The notes below the pieces were generated by a model. The model worked only from the letters and a program-made list of their open reading frames with translations, did no database searches and had not been told where the DNA came from. The position numbers were made by a program, and so were the translations under genes. Source: Marsupella aquatica (lineage: Eukaryota; Plantae; Marchantiophyta). Taken from it: DNA of 64,000 bases. The number at the start of each line of letters is the position of its first letter. Position 1 is the first letter of the stretch. The stretch is taken from NCBI GenBank assembly GCA_973895155.1, contig OZ316892.1:1925223-1989222 (forward strand). Direction: 5' to 3'. Below are positions 1-13,285 of this stretch, piece by piece.

Positions 1-745
1 GAGGAAAGTGTTGTGGCGCCCAAAATGCTCTTAAGAGAATTATATGTTGTGTTTCCCAAGAATGATGTTCTTATGTGAAAAATGTCATGAAGTAAAAAGA
101 TGTTGTTAAGAAAAAGAAGTCAATTGCCAAAGATGGCATGTTGCCCAAAAGGTCATCAAGTAAAAAATTGTGTCAAGTAAGTAGATGTCATGTTGCCAAT
201 GATGTTGGTATGCCAAAGATGTCGTTAAGTATTAAGATGTTGTTAAGTATAAAATCATGGTCAATAGATAAAATATGTCATTACTAAAATATGTCGTGAA
301 GTAAAAGATGTTGTTAAGTACATATCGGGCTTGATACCTGTGCATTGCACAAATGATGCATGTTGAGGTGAGAAAATATGTCGATAAGAGAAAAACATGT
401 CGAGCTGAGAAAAATATGTCAAGGAAAGAAAATATAGCAAGGTGAGGAAAAGATATCATATTACAGAAAAAAACATTCAAAGGTGAGAAAAATAAGTCAA
501 GGAGAGAAAACATGGTGAGATGAGAAAAAGATGTCAATATGAGGAAAAAATGTTGAGGGGGAAGAAAGATGTTGTGGTGAGATAAAGATGACCAGGTGAG
601 AAAAATATGACAAAATGAGACAAATATAATATATATATGTTGAGGTGAGAAAAGATCTCAAGGTGAGTAAAATATGTCAAGATGAACAAAGATCTTGAGG
701 TGCGAAGATCTTAATATGAAGAAAAGATGTCAAGATGAGAAACTA
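1..745. repeat. Degenerate ~20-bp tandem repeat (AAAAGATGTC/TGTT...AAG(G/A)TGAG-like units)
   Basis: Recurrent aaagatgtc / aaaatatgtc / aaggtgagaaaa motifs at roughly 20-bp spacing. The 232-537 ORF is a read-through of these units. Confidence 0.7.
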
Positions 746-1749
746 TTTTATCTATATTTGATTTATATTTGAAATTATTTCCAAAAAATAGAATTATTTA
801 TATATTAATAAATTTAATTAAAATTTGATTAATTTTTTCAATTGTGGCAGGTATGGGAAGGTTAAAGGGTAGCTTGGGCAGGAATTTATTTTAAAAAGTG
901 GTGTATGGCTAGATCTTAAAGTATGGAAAAAAATATGTTTTGGTGAACATTCAAGATTGATTGTCACTTTTTTTTAGTTTGTAAAGGGACCGGATCAAGA
1001 TTATAGTGGTACATGGTAAAGGGAGGTCTCCTTGATACTCTTGCATTGCTAGAGACCCTCCTTATTTTCTTTGTACTATTAAATTCATTTTTTTCTTGGA
1101 AACATTGCTCTCCATTTTCATTCACAAAAGAAATCATTCTTTCATGTTTTTCATTTTTGGGATATTGCAAATTTGAATGACTACGATAATATAAAAAGTA
1201 ACAATTTATTATAGCTTTTGATGTTGTCTTTGTAATCTAACCTATTTTTAATTAAGCTATTTTAATTAAATTACTATCATTATTATATTTTGCAATATTG
1301 TAATACTTGTAATAATATATAGTATCATATATATTATGTATTTTTGTATTTCATGTGTATACCTTCTTGATACTCATGCATGTACATTCACTCTCTTGTT
1401 TTGTGTGCCCCATTGGTTCTAGCATTGGCTCCCTACTTTTGTGTCTCGCATTTGATTCACCGTTTGTGTGTAATGTATTTATTATTTTTTTGGTGCACAC
1501 TAAATTTAATATAACCTTTATTACTTTTGTCACTTGCTTATCAAACGATTTACACGACAAATACGTGTTTCCTCCTACTAAAATCGTTTATTATCGTATG
1601 ACGGGAACGTGGAGGGACGCTATTAGGATTCTATTGCATGTAGGATGAGTATGTTTGATTTCGCTCCTGGAAGTGTAATTTTTGATCAAGTCTACCGACT
1701 AGCCTCTCTGCTTTTGATCAAGTCCCATGGACTACACCACACACACTCC

Positions 1750-2770
1750 TACTGTCTTCCCCCGAACACAGCGCCCGGGCGTTGTGTTCGAATATGGTAA
1801 AAATAGGGACTTTAGGCAAAAAAGATGTTTTCACTCAAACACAACGCCATATGAACACAACGCCCTGGCGCTGTGTTCGAAATTGACTTTGTGTTCGAAA
1901 ATGTGCAAAAGTGACTATAGGAGGGCATTGTGCTCGAATTTGACTTTGTGTTCAAAAATGTGCAAAAGTGACTATAGGAGAACTTAGGTAACCGGGTTGC
2001 AACTACGATGCATGAAGCCCAAACGCAGACCACCAGAGAATGGAGTATGCCATCAATGCGCAAATCCTAGGAGATGGAAAAGTCTGGTGAGGAATACATG
2101 GGCACCTACGAGCATCGACTTGTTTTAGGGGAGCCTTGATAAGGAAGCGGAGAGAAACTATGAATACTTTAGAGGTACTCTGGGAGATGGTGAGTTTTGT
2201 TCTTATGCACAGGCAAGTAGGTGTTTCTTTTTAACGAAACAGACTTAGCAAAGCAGCATACATACATACGTTACTTAAAATCGTCCCACACATCCGTTCT
2301 TTCAACTTACAAAATACATTGTCCTTTGAGAAATGTAAGCTAATTTCAGAATCCATTATTCTCGGAGGAGTGTGCGCTGTTTCCAAAATGTTAAGCAGCA
2401 ATCTGGAAGTATCGATATATTGTTCTGTTGTGTGAACTTTTGATGGACTTTCACATCAATCTCTGACTGACGCCATGACGTCTCGTGAAAGAAACCATAA
2501 TACCTATGTGCATAATTAGGTCTGACGACTCACTTCCTCTATTTCCAATTTTCCATTGCCCTACATGCATCTCACAATGCCAAAATTCAAGCACATGAAT
2601 TACCTTAAATTTGAACACAACCCACATTTTGAATTCAAACACAACGCCACATTTTGAATTCAAACACAACGCCACATTTCGAACACAATGCCACAAGTCC
2701 AAAAAATGAAAACATTGACTTCAAACTCAAACACAACGCCCTGGGCGCTATATTCGAATAGAGCGCCCTT
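1750..2770. mobile_element. Relic of a non-autonomous DNA transposon with AACACAACGCC subterminal repeats (possibly pogo/Tc1-mariner-like)
   Basis: Starts ta|ctgtcttcccccgaacacagcgcccgggcgttgtgttcgaa (internal palindrome). AACACAACGCC-like units occur in both orientations at 1764-1960 and 2610-2770, and a ~57-bp duplication lies at ~1866-1980. No matching right terminus seen. Confidence 0.4.
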
Positions 2771-3904
2771 TGGCTCATTATTAAAAATTTTGAAAACCAA
2801 ACACTTTTGCTACACCTACTTGACTTTCTACTCATATACGCAATTATAAGTCATCACTAAGTTACTACCGGGTTTGGGGCCCTGCCACAACTTCTCTTTG
2901 ATTAATGTTTTTTGGACACTGCAAATTTGAATGACGACCACTTCATAAAAAGGCGCAACCTTGTATTATAGTTTAGGATAGTTTTCATCTATGGTTCCTT
3001 AGGTTAACATGTGTGTCATGTTGAAGGAGTCAAATATGTGTCGAGCCGGTGTCTCATCCACATTGTTGAAATTTCCTAAAGCAGTCTTGTGACTGACAGT
3101 GCTAATGGAAGAGACCACATGCTAACACATGTCTGACCCAGGTTAACCCTTGTCTATCTTTGGTTTGTCCGAATTGTAGAACAATGGCACACTAACAAAT
3201 GGAAATATTATAACTATACACATCTTTAGTGGCATTCTACTTAAAAGTTAATGAATTTAAATGTGATATCTTCAAGCCGAGGCATTTTTGGTGAACATGG
3301 AACCTAGGCTGAGCCTCTATTTGCTTTATCTGGGCAAGATGTGGGTGCCTGAGGAAAGACTGTTGTTTTGAATTGATTTGACTCACATTACTTTGTTTGC
3401 TTACCCTTGGGTGTTTACCAAGCCAAGTAAATGAAGCAGTAATCTAAGGTGCTTAACAATCTAACTGAATTTATTTACTTATAAGTGAACTGAAATATTT
3501 GAATAGTTATACAAAAATAATGATAGTTATCTCAAAGGAAATCCACATAATAAGTACTCGTCATCCTAATGTCCATATGCACATTTGTTTACTTACCTCA
3601 TTTGTACCTCCATGAAACCCTCGTGAATGTAGTTGCCTAAGTCCACTTTTGGTCATTCGTCAATGTATTGTACTCACTTTGAGTTCTTTGAAAAATGTAT
3701 ATTTATTAGATCTTGTTTACTTTGGTTATTTAACAATACATGTAAAGTACATCAAACACTATAATAAACGGTTAAAATGTGTTGGTACTTAACACTAGCA
3801 CTTGGTTAGGGGGCATAATATAACCTTAGTTAAGGGCTGTTGAGGTTAGACTAGTGAAGGGCCTGTACCTTGGAGGATGTTGAGAAAAGACGACATTCAC
3901 AACG

Positions 3905-4172
3905 GCATGCCCATAACCATCCAATGATCAAGTAGTCAACACAGAGAGATACGTGATTCACCTCCACATGAAGCTACATATATCCACGGGAACACAAGCT
4001 TTACTGCACACTAGGCTGACCGGCCAAGCATCCATAGCACAAACTCTCCCTATATCTCAACTGGCTCCGTAACAATGAGCCTGAGTTCCCCCTATCCAAG
4101 CAAACACCGCTTGGGATATAGAATGTGCATAACATGACTAACCTAACCTAGCTTGCGACTAAAGTTAGCCCT
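3905..4172 (+). repeat. Dispersed repeat family A, copy 1
   Basis: Shares ccaagcatccatagcacaa...ccgtaacaatgagc...tatccaagcaaacaccgcttggg...aacatgactaac.taacctag with 36570-36857 and, inverted, with 63535-63668. Confidence 0.8.
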
Positions 4173-5029
4173 ACCTATGGTACATTCGTAACTCTAGACC
4201 TAAGAGTTAATCCTAATAGAGGAAATCTTGTTATGCTCTTATTGGAGTTCAATCTTCAAGAATGTGAAACTTTTTTTTCTCATCATGTCACCAAACCATA
4301 TTACAGGTGTGTGCTCATATCTTAATTTAAATTAGAAGATGCATATTATGCTAGAGGAATATGATTAATTGTTGGCAACTGTACAATCTACCTTGTTACT
4401 CAAAGAATTCAGATATGTAAAGTGCATTAGAAAGATCTTGACAGAGATGAGTATTAATGAGTTATAGACCAATTTATATGAAAGGTTAGCTTGAATGTTT
4501 TTGAGGTAGCTTGGACTCGGCCTTGGGTTAGCACAGGTTAGCTTAATTTGGGCAAACATAAATATATTCCATCATACTGAAAGCAATCTCCGAGTCCAAG
4601 CTACCTTTAGTACATTTACTATAATTACATATCATGTCCAATTTAATCATTAGTTGTAAGAACAACTTAAGTTTTCTCTTTGTTTCTGGGTAGACATACA
4701 CAAAAATATTATTCACTTGTCTTTTTACCAAAACTTGTACCGACCACCCTTTTTTGAATGTGAATAGAGGGGAGGACAATAAAAATATCACCAAAACACC
4801 TTACTCACATTCTTTGAATGATAGAAAAACATCATCCATGTCACCATTTTAATAATAATTCATAACAAGCCATACTCGTTTCTATGCACATCTCTCTTTC
4901 TATGCACATATGTTATAGTGGGGCCATAGAACCCATTTTTAATGCAAATAGAAATCATGGGAAAAATAATGCATGATTATCATTTGACATACATCATAGT
5001 CACGAGTTTTTTATCCACATGATGAGTCA

Positions 5030-5325
5030 TGTCTAGAGGCTTCTAGAGAGCCTAGGCCACCACTCTAGCTTATAGTTGACGCTTTATAAGTAAGATAATG
5101 TCAGGTGGAAAATAAGTTAGAAACTTTCATACCACTGGGATGGTTTGTGAAGGGTGCGTACAAGATTATCATGGAGTTAGTGTCTAGTGGCTTCACTCTA
5201 GAAGCCTAGGCCATCACTCTAGCTTATAGTTGGTGCTTTATAAGTAAGATAATGTCTGGTGGAAAATAATTATAAACTTTCATACCACTCGGATGGTTTT
5301 TGAAGGGTGCGCACAAGATTGTTGG
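5030..5325. repeat. Tandem duplication (~150-bp period) of dispersed repeat family B
   Basis: cctaggcca.cactctagcttatagttg...taagtaagataatgtc.ggtggaaaataa occurs twice. Its core ggcttcactctagaagcctag is the reverse complement of motifs at ~13420 and in 59210-59670. Confidence 0.75.
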
Positions 5326-5443
5326 ACAGGTGGAGATTCCCCTGCACATACCCTCAAAAGGTCAAATTTTGAGTGGCTTTCTACAAGGATTTCAATGACA
5401 TTGAAATCATAAAAATACCAAAAATATTGTAGTGTGTCACCTT

Positions 5444-5695
5444 ATTGCTTTTGGGATCTTTTGACTCTAGTTAAATTAGTGTAGTGAAAGTTTGGGAGGT
5501 TGTCAGCAATCGATAATCATTGATATGATTGGCTGTATCCCATGGTCTTCTAATGTGCTCCCCTTAAGAATTGCTTTGGGATCTTTTGACTCTAGTTAAA
5601 TTAGTGTAGTGAAAGTTTGGGAGGTTGTCACCAATGGATAATCATTGATATGATTGGCTGTATCCCATGGTCTTCTAATGTGCTCCCCTTAAGCA
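5444..5695. repeat. Near-perfect ~126-bp tandem duplication
   Basis: ttgggatcttttgactctagttaaattagtgtagtgaaagtttgggaggttgtca...ttctaatgtgctccccttaag is present twice. Confidence 0.85.
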
Positions 5696-7238
5696 TTGCA
5701 TGTTTTCATCTATCTGCATTCAACAGAATAATGATGGATGGGTCTATGACCAGCCCTAGGCTCACCATCAAAGTATTGTTTGAAGCAAACCGAGAAATAT
5801 TTGTCCAGCAAGTAGAGATTTCCAGACAGATTTCCAAATTACATTTTTCACTTCTGACTTGTATTGTGGTCGATTATTGATTGCTGACAACCTAATTTAT
5901 GGTCGATTATTGATTGCTGCCACTTTCTACTTAATCAACCTGAACGTGCACTGCTTGATATATGTTTTGTGTCCAGGTTAGGATAAATCTACTTTGGAAC
6001 TTAATTTAATTTCAAGACTTACAAGAAAGCTTTGCTATCACACAATCAAGTGGAGCTTAATTTAATTTCAAGACTGACAAGAAGCATTTGCTATCACACA
6101 ACCAAGAGCCAGAGCTACATGAAAGATGATTGACTGGTGTCCTAGGCGGCAAATTATATCAGCTTTTACTAATCAAACATTGGTCACATAAGCAGGGACG
6201 CCCTACAGCGGGAGTTGAGAAAAGGGATAGATGTCTGAGTGGTTTCAATCTACATGTACATTCTCAAGCGTTAACTCAAGATCTGGAAAGATTTCCATTT
6301 CCATGCATTTGTAACCGAAATGTGGGTCATTCACAGCAAATACTAACAACATTTAGAGCTTCAAGAGCTGGTTTCATAATTGCAATTATGTATGTCTGCT
6401 AGGCCTGCTCAATTGGCATAGATAGGAAGAATGGATGACTCTTTACTCTCTTTCTCTCTCCTTCTCTCTTGCAAAGTGGTCTGAAATTTTGGCAGAGGTA
6501 GATAGACGAAATGATGTGCAAATTTCTGAGCCTCAATGGCCCTAATGCATGGAACAGCAAGCAAGAATAATAAGTAGTGTTTGTGCTGACGTAGGGATAG
6601 CTAGAGATGTCAAGATCTTGAGATTAGTGAGCATCTTTCACAAATTTGAGAACCAAACCGCACTCACCTTGCACATAGCTCGCAAATTAAGGTTGAGCAT
6701 CGCTCTAGATTGTTACGACAATCGAATCTAAAGTTTTGGATTGATTTTGTGCAATGGTATATTAGATGTAGGTGCAATTCGAATTGCCTATTGTTCATGT
6801 CGCAGTATGTGGCTTTCAATCTTTGAATATGATCATGGTCGCCTTTGCCCGATGGAATGAGACGGAATTTTGATTGGTGGTTGTCAGGTTTGACATAGAA
6901 GACAATCGGTTAAGAACATGAGATGGAAGTCGAGGATCAAAGCTACTGATTCAATTACCTGGTTAAGAACTTTGCAACCGACTTTTCTCGAAAGAGTGGA
7001 GTTGCAACAGCTAATTCAATGCCAAAATTGGAGCCTTGTAGACAGAAGTTGCCAAAATTTGTGATAGTGGAAAGTCCTAGAGAAAACGTTTGACAACATG
7101 GATTTTATTATTGATAGAAATTGAGAAACAAAATGCCAAGACGTAAGTACCAGTCGGTCAGAAGCAACCTTCAACACGTCAAATAGGCAGAGTCAGTTGT
7201 GGAGGGGGGGAGGAGTAAATGATACAAACGCAAACAGA

Positions 7239-10200
7239 ATGGCAGCGGTCGAATGGTCGACTGATGCCGAATTTGTTGCCAGAAACGGTAAACTTGAGAG
7301 ACAGCTCTCGCTAGTACAGATCCATGGTGACATGAGGCATAGATCAGCAGCAGAAATATGGAAGTGGCTTGCATTGATACTGAAGAGAATCCATGGATTC
7401 ATAACATTCTTCAAGTGCGACAATGTGAACATTGTCACTGCTTGGCGGCCACTGCGGCAACGCTGGAAAACTGTAGAACAGAGAAGAAAAGCGAGAAATC
7501 AAGGAGGAACAGATAATAACAAGCTTGTAGATTCAGACTTGAGTTGCGATGATGACGCATCTGTGTCATCTTTGAAAGTCAAGACCCCTCGACAAGGAAA
7601 AGGTTGGGTTAGGCGCTTGATCATAAGAGGGGTGAATGCTAAAGGACCCAATAAACGAGGAATTGAGTTTGATGGGGAAAGCCGTCGGGCACGATTAACT
7701 CGAAAGCGAAGAAGAATAGGCCGAGTAGGCTGGGCAAAACAACAACACAAAGAAACACGGGAACCGGGATTGCGTGTCTTCCTACGACCGGAGGAACGTT
7801 ACACGTCGAGTGGGGATTCCAGTCAGGAAGACACAAAACGAAGTCCTGAACACATAACCACAACACCAAGCAACTGTGAGCCGACTAGCTATTCCCACGG
7901 AGGCACAACCTCTGATGGAGAAGTGCCAGAGACAAACCGGTCCGGCACACACAACTCTGATGCTTGTCAAGAAAACAGAGCACCAGCACCAGACAACGAG
8001 GCAGCCATCCAGCTTCTCCCAGACGAGCTCGTTGATAAGGTTCTCGGGAGGCTACCTCTGACCAGTGTCTTGCGCTTCCGCTCCGTCTGTCGACGATGGC
8101 AATCCCGCTTGTCACCTGAGGGCTGGTGCAACATTTTTCCCAGAAATGCACCTCCGGCATGGACAGCATGCCCGGCACTTTTCACGTCTGGCAGCGGCAG
8201 AAGGCAGTGCGCTTTCTATGACCTGTCTCTGAGAAAATGGTCGTGCGTCTTGTTGGACTTCTTGCCGGATCTAGCATGCCATTTCCTTGCTGCCAGTGGT
8301 GGATTGCTCTGTCTATGCTTCTCCGGCATGAACTCCACCTTGTTCATATGCAACCCTCTCACCAAATCCTGGCGTGAGCTGCCCTCCTTCAACCATTCCA
8401 GACGTCGTGCAGGTAATTTTTGCACTCTCATGCAAACTCTTTTGCTTACTATATCAAATCTTAAGCACTAGCTTGCTCAAACTCTAAGTTGTGTTCTCTC
8501 AATGCTCCTGTCACTAGATGTTTCATATTCTTTCTCACCAGCTCTGGTAGCCATCGACGATGCCCTTCAGTCGTTTGCTGAATTGCTGAATTGCTCAATT
8601 TTGTTGTCAAATCCTTGTTCTCATTTGTTACTCTCATTGCAAACTACTATGCTTGGCTGCTTTATCTAAAGCAGATCATCACTCTTGTTAGAATCAACGT
8701 CACATTACTGTTTCTTCAAAACAACAGTGATTTCTAGTTTCGAGTGAGAAGACGAGCAAGAGAATCCCTGCTTGAAATTTGTCGTCCCTCAGTCTAGTAG
8801 GTGCACAGTCCTCCACTCACTCACTCTCGTTGCCAATCAATGGCTCAAAATATTGTTGAGATGTACGAGAGGCAAGAAATGACTTTCAAAACAGTTTAAT
8901 CTTTGTGACAAATTTGCACAAAAGAAGTCCTACATTTTCTCACAAATTTTGTGCAAAGCTCTGGGCATGAAGCAGAGAGGGAGGGCACTGTTTAATTGGA
9001 GTGAACAGTGACAGGCTCTTGTAGACCCCTAGTTGAGGTTTGATGGTATATGTGTGCCCATGTTGTCTTTTTCCACCCTCATAAGTGTCACAAGAGAAAA
9101 ATGTGTCACTTGGATTAGACACACCCAATTGTTTTTTGTGATGCAATTCAATAACCCTCAACTAGATATGATTAGCCAGACTATCAGTAAGTCCAGCAAA
9201 TATTTGTGCCGATATGAATGGGGCTACAATGCCACAATGAGACGCATATGGCATCTAAATTGCCATTTTTTGCTGCAAGTTTTTTGTCAAAGATGGACCT
9301 CATAGATGGCTAAGTGCTCATAGGAGTTGTTTATCTCTCTGTGGCCAATTGCATGAGAGGAAACAACAGAATTTAGTATCAAGCCCTTATGCCCAGCCAT
9401 GCACCCATGACTGCATACTAGGGGATGTCAAACCTCCTCCTTCACTCATGGGTGTTTTTGGATCTTTGGTCTTCCTGGATTTTCCTTTCTCTGCTCCTCT
9501 TAGGTCACTTGCCTTTGGGATACTATCTCCAAGTTTTGTCTTTGGCTAGTAGCTCTATGTTAAGAGGTAAAATGTTTTTCACTAATCAGGGTGGCTTCAC
9601 AAGATGCTTGGGGCACATTGTCTTCTTTTCTTTCCCTCTAAGATTATATGAAGATTATGGAATGAGTGAAAACTGCTGTAGTTGGCTTTTTATGAACTTG
9701 GGGAACACTCAAGGGTGGTGTCTACCAATCCTACATGGTAGATGCTGATGTGAAGTGTTTATTTTGTCTAAAAGTTTAGGTTACCCAAAAAGGTGGTCCA
9801 AACATTTCCAAACTTTGGCTCCTTCAACTAATTTGCATTTATTGAAGTTCATTTCAATGACCTTTGGTATATAACTGTGGAGTCTATGATTAAAACAATA
9901 AGTGTCTTTCCACTTTGCTTTGGTGAAAAAAGTGCACAAGTGCCCCCCAGGTTCTGTAAGACAACGTAATTCACAAAGGCTTTTTCTCACTCGATTGAAT
10001 GAATGGATTGTGGATGGCTGGCATGAACGGATGGACAATCGGACGGACCGGCATGACCGGATGGATAATCGGACGGAAGGGCAGGGTCGATGATTGTGCA
10101 CATGCTAGTGCATCCAAAGACAGGGGCGTACAAGGTGATCCTGATTGGGCACCCAACGTGCATGACGGCAGCGCCCCCACCCATGACGGAGGTCTACGAT

Positions 10201-10725
10201 TCAGAGACGGGCTCATGGACGGCGCTGGCCAACGTGCCGTCGGTCGGGTGCACGCTAGCACCGTCAGTGGTCCTGCGCAACGGCGTCCTCTACTGCTTGA
10301 CGGAGCTCCCGACGGGGCTGCTGGCCTTCAACCTTGCCCGAAAGGTATGGCGAAGGCTCGAAATCAAGAGCCACTTCCGAGTGCTCTTCCTCTTCGAGCA
10401 CCTTGGCCACATTCTGCTCGTGGCGCGGATGAGCGCGCGAGTGACGAGATTGGGGATATGGAGATTGCGGGAGAGCTTCCCCAGGGTCTGGCTGAAGGTC
10501 GCGGTCATGCCTGCCGACTTTGCGAATTACTTCCTGAAGAGTGGGAAGCTCCAATGCTTTGGCCATGGTGACTTTGTCTGCTTTGCCAGCCCCCGCCGCC
10601 CGCAGTGGCTACTTTTCGATCTGGCCAAGCGCATTTGGACGTGGGGCTCTCCGGCGCGGGGCTTGGATCAGGATAACTACAACCAGTGGTTCTTTTACGA
10701 GCCCCGCCTCGACATTCAAGCTTGA
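7239..10725 (+). CDS. F-box protein with C-terminal F-box-associated/kelch-like domain; exons 7239-8412 and 10085-10725
   Basis: Exon 1 has the F-box motif LPDELVDKVLGRLPLTSVLRFRSVCRRW plus LAASGGLLC and FICNPLTKSWRELP. Exon 2 has YKVILIG, TEVYDSETGSW and NGVLYCL. The GT donor at 8413 and AG acceptor at 10083-84 join in phase (G+GG = Gly). The start codon is inferred from the first in-frame ATG. Confidence 0.85.
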
Positions 10726-12397
10726 AGAGTGTCCTGTTTCGTGGGCCACCCTGTTGTACTCTGTGTCTTTGCATAGAATTCAATTTGATGTTTCAAGGCA
10801 AAAAAAAGAGTTTCCTGTTCGATCTCCAATCGAGCATGGGAGGAGTGTGGTGAGTTCCTGAGAGATGACTGACAACGATGAGCTGGTTGGATTTTATGAG
10901 TTGATTCTTTCATGGGTCCAAGCGCCGCCTCGACAAAGGAGCTTGATGACTTTGAATATGCTGCAAGTCCAGCTTGCTGTTAGGAGGCGACGAAGAGATG
11001 AGATGGCCACAAGACAAATTTGGAGCGAACAATTGGCTTACGTCAGGGAAACGTTTTGCTTGAAGGAAAGAGTACTGGCAACACATCCAGCGCATCATGG
11101 TTGTCAACCTATTGTGCATGCTTGCAGCTGTTTGTCATGTTTGTCTGAACAATCCATGAACTTGTGGTGTTGAGACTTACAATCTCTGTGTCGTACATTG
11201 AATCCTGTAGGAACTAGAAGTTGAAGTGTCGGTTGTTTGGTAATGGTCCATGTACTGGCTAACGCAAATTTGAGCATTCTTCCACATTTTTAACACATTG
11301 TGTGGAGGGACCTGGAAACCTACCTTCGAGAATGTCTTGTTGCCATAGCTATGGCTCCAACTTGGGATCAAAGTGAGCTTCTGAGAAAGTAGAGTGTCCA
11401 GGGTGTGAATGTATGATTTCACCAAGGAGGTGGGTGCCCACGATGTCAAGGTTGCCAAGGGTTATTTTGAACCCAGCAACCCTCACTAGAAGGATTCCAC
11501 TGATCAAGGACGCATTGACGGCAGCCTCATTTCAGCACTACATGCCCCAGGTGAAGTAGAGTGAGCTCAAACATTCAAAATTTTAGTTTAATCCAAGGCC
11601 TAAATTCTTGTCCATTTGAACCATTCCCTTACCAGATTTGAATAAACAAAGGTTTATTATTACAATACCATTAAAGATGTGAGGAATCACAACTTTGCCA
11701 TACAAATATTTATATTCATCAAATTGCCCCGCTTTTGGTATAACACTGCCAACTTTTAATCTACCTTTGTACTCGACTACATCTGCACTCTACTATCATC
11801 GGATAAGTTCTCGAACAACCCAAAGTCAATGAAATTACTCACAAATTCCTATACAATACAAGCACACAAAGGCAATGAATATACGCACAAATTCCTTTAC
11901 AATACAAGCCACACCCTCGAAAGGCTGTTTGTTTTGAAAGCAAGCTTGTACAGTAAAGCACTGCCATGAAAGTGTTTCTGTCGAGTACAAGCAAGAGTCA
12001 AGTGTTTTAGTAGAGCTTTGAAACACAGGGTGGAGAAAGGCAACACATATAGCTGACCCCTTCTAAGAACATGCTATTTTAACTTATTGACAATAAATTC
12101 CATTGTACCCTATTTAGAGTACTGATAGCTTATGAAATAAAAGCTATCCCATAGTATTCAAATGTATTGCAACAGATTCTAAAACGAAAAAGAATAAAAA
12201 TACACACCTTTAAAGTGACGAGAGGTACTATACTTTCGGGTGACAGACAAGTACATTATAATAAATAAGTCAACGTACCTTGGGGGTATACTATTTCTGA
12301 TTAAAAAAGAAATACACTAACTTTATTTTATTTTTTTAAAGAAATCTGTGAAACCCCACAGAAATGGAAGAGTCAGCCGCAATAGTTGGAAAGAGTC

Positions 12398-12470
12398 AGT
12401 CGGCAACAGTTGAACCCAAGACTTATCAGTCTCTACTCAAGTGAGTTACCACAAAGTCATGCCTCTCTGG
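12398..12470 (-). mobile_element. tRNA-derived SINE-like relic
   Basis: The minus strand reads ...tttgtggtaactcacttgagtagagactgataagtcttgggttcaactg..., i.e. A-box-like and B-box-like (GGTTCAA) elements at tRNA-like spacing. No intact cloverleaf. Confidence 0.35.
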
Positions 12471-13104
12471 GTTGGACTCTAGTTTGAGATTCTTTCTATT
12501 AGGTGACACCTATTAATGTATAAACCATAAACATTGGAAACTATTTTAGTGTCCATGTTCAGCCAGCCTGGTGAGGTGAACCTTAGAAAAGGTTATTAAA
12601 GAAAAAATATAAATATATCATATCAATATAAGTTTCTAGCATATCTAGTCAAACCTAAGGATTCAAGAAATTAGAGGCTATAAGAAATAGCTAAATTCAA
12701 TTTAATACAAAATGAAAGCATAGACTAGGCCATATGTATATTAAAATATTTGACCATCTCTTCTAATAAGACAAAATAGGGAGAAGGTGTCCGGCCATGT
12801 AGCAGCCCTATATTAGCCCTACACTAGTCTCCAAGCTTTTTTGTGGCTTACTAGAGAGATAAAGTACAGCAAATATACAAAGAGAACATGCAATATGCTG
12901 TCATATACATGATTGTATTGTATGTGAAATGACTACTACTCTACTCATTACCCTTCGTATGCTCCTTCATATACACTAGAATAATTATTTCTTCCTTGAA
13001 CATAAATAAAGATGAGAAGAGGAGACCAAAAAATATTGCAGGGAAAATTCCCCCTTCATCTTTGCCCCCATCCCTATTATTTGTCTGCACCGTCACTTTC
13101 AGGT

Positions 13105-13285
13105 AAGTACTCTTTTAGAGTTAAAGTCTGTAGAGGTTTCACTCCAGACAACAGGCCCAGGAATAGTAAATACTCTCTTAGAGTTCAAAATCTGTTGAGG
13201 TTTCACTCCATACAACAGGCCCAGGAATAGTACATACTCTCTTAGAGTTAAAGGTTTCACTCTAGACAACAGGCCAGGGAATAGT
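13105..13285. repeat. ~60-bp tandem repeat, about 3 copies
   Basis: tactct(c/t)ttagagtt...aggtttcactc.a.acaacaggcc.aggaatagt is repeated three times. Confidence 0.85.

Noticed and set aside
9999-10571. 190-aa alternative-frame ORF overlapping F-box exon 2
   Set aside because: A shadow ORF of a GC-rich exon; the 10090 frame carries the conserved motifs and splices in phase.
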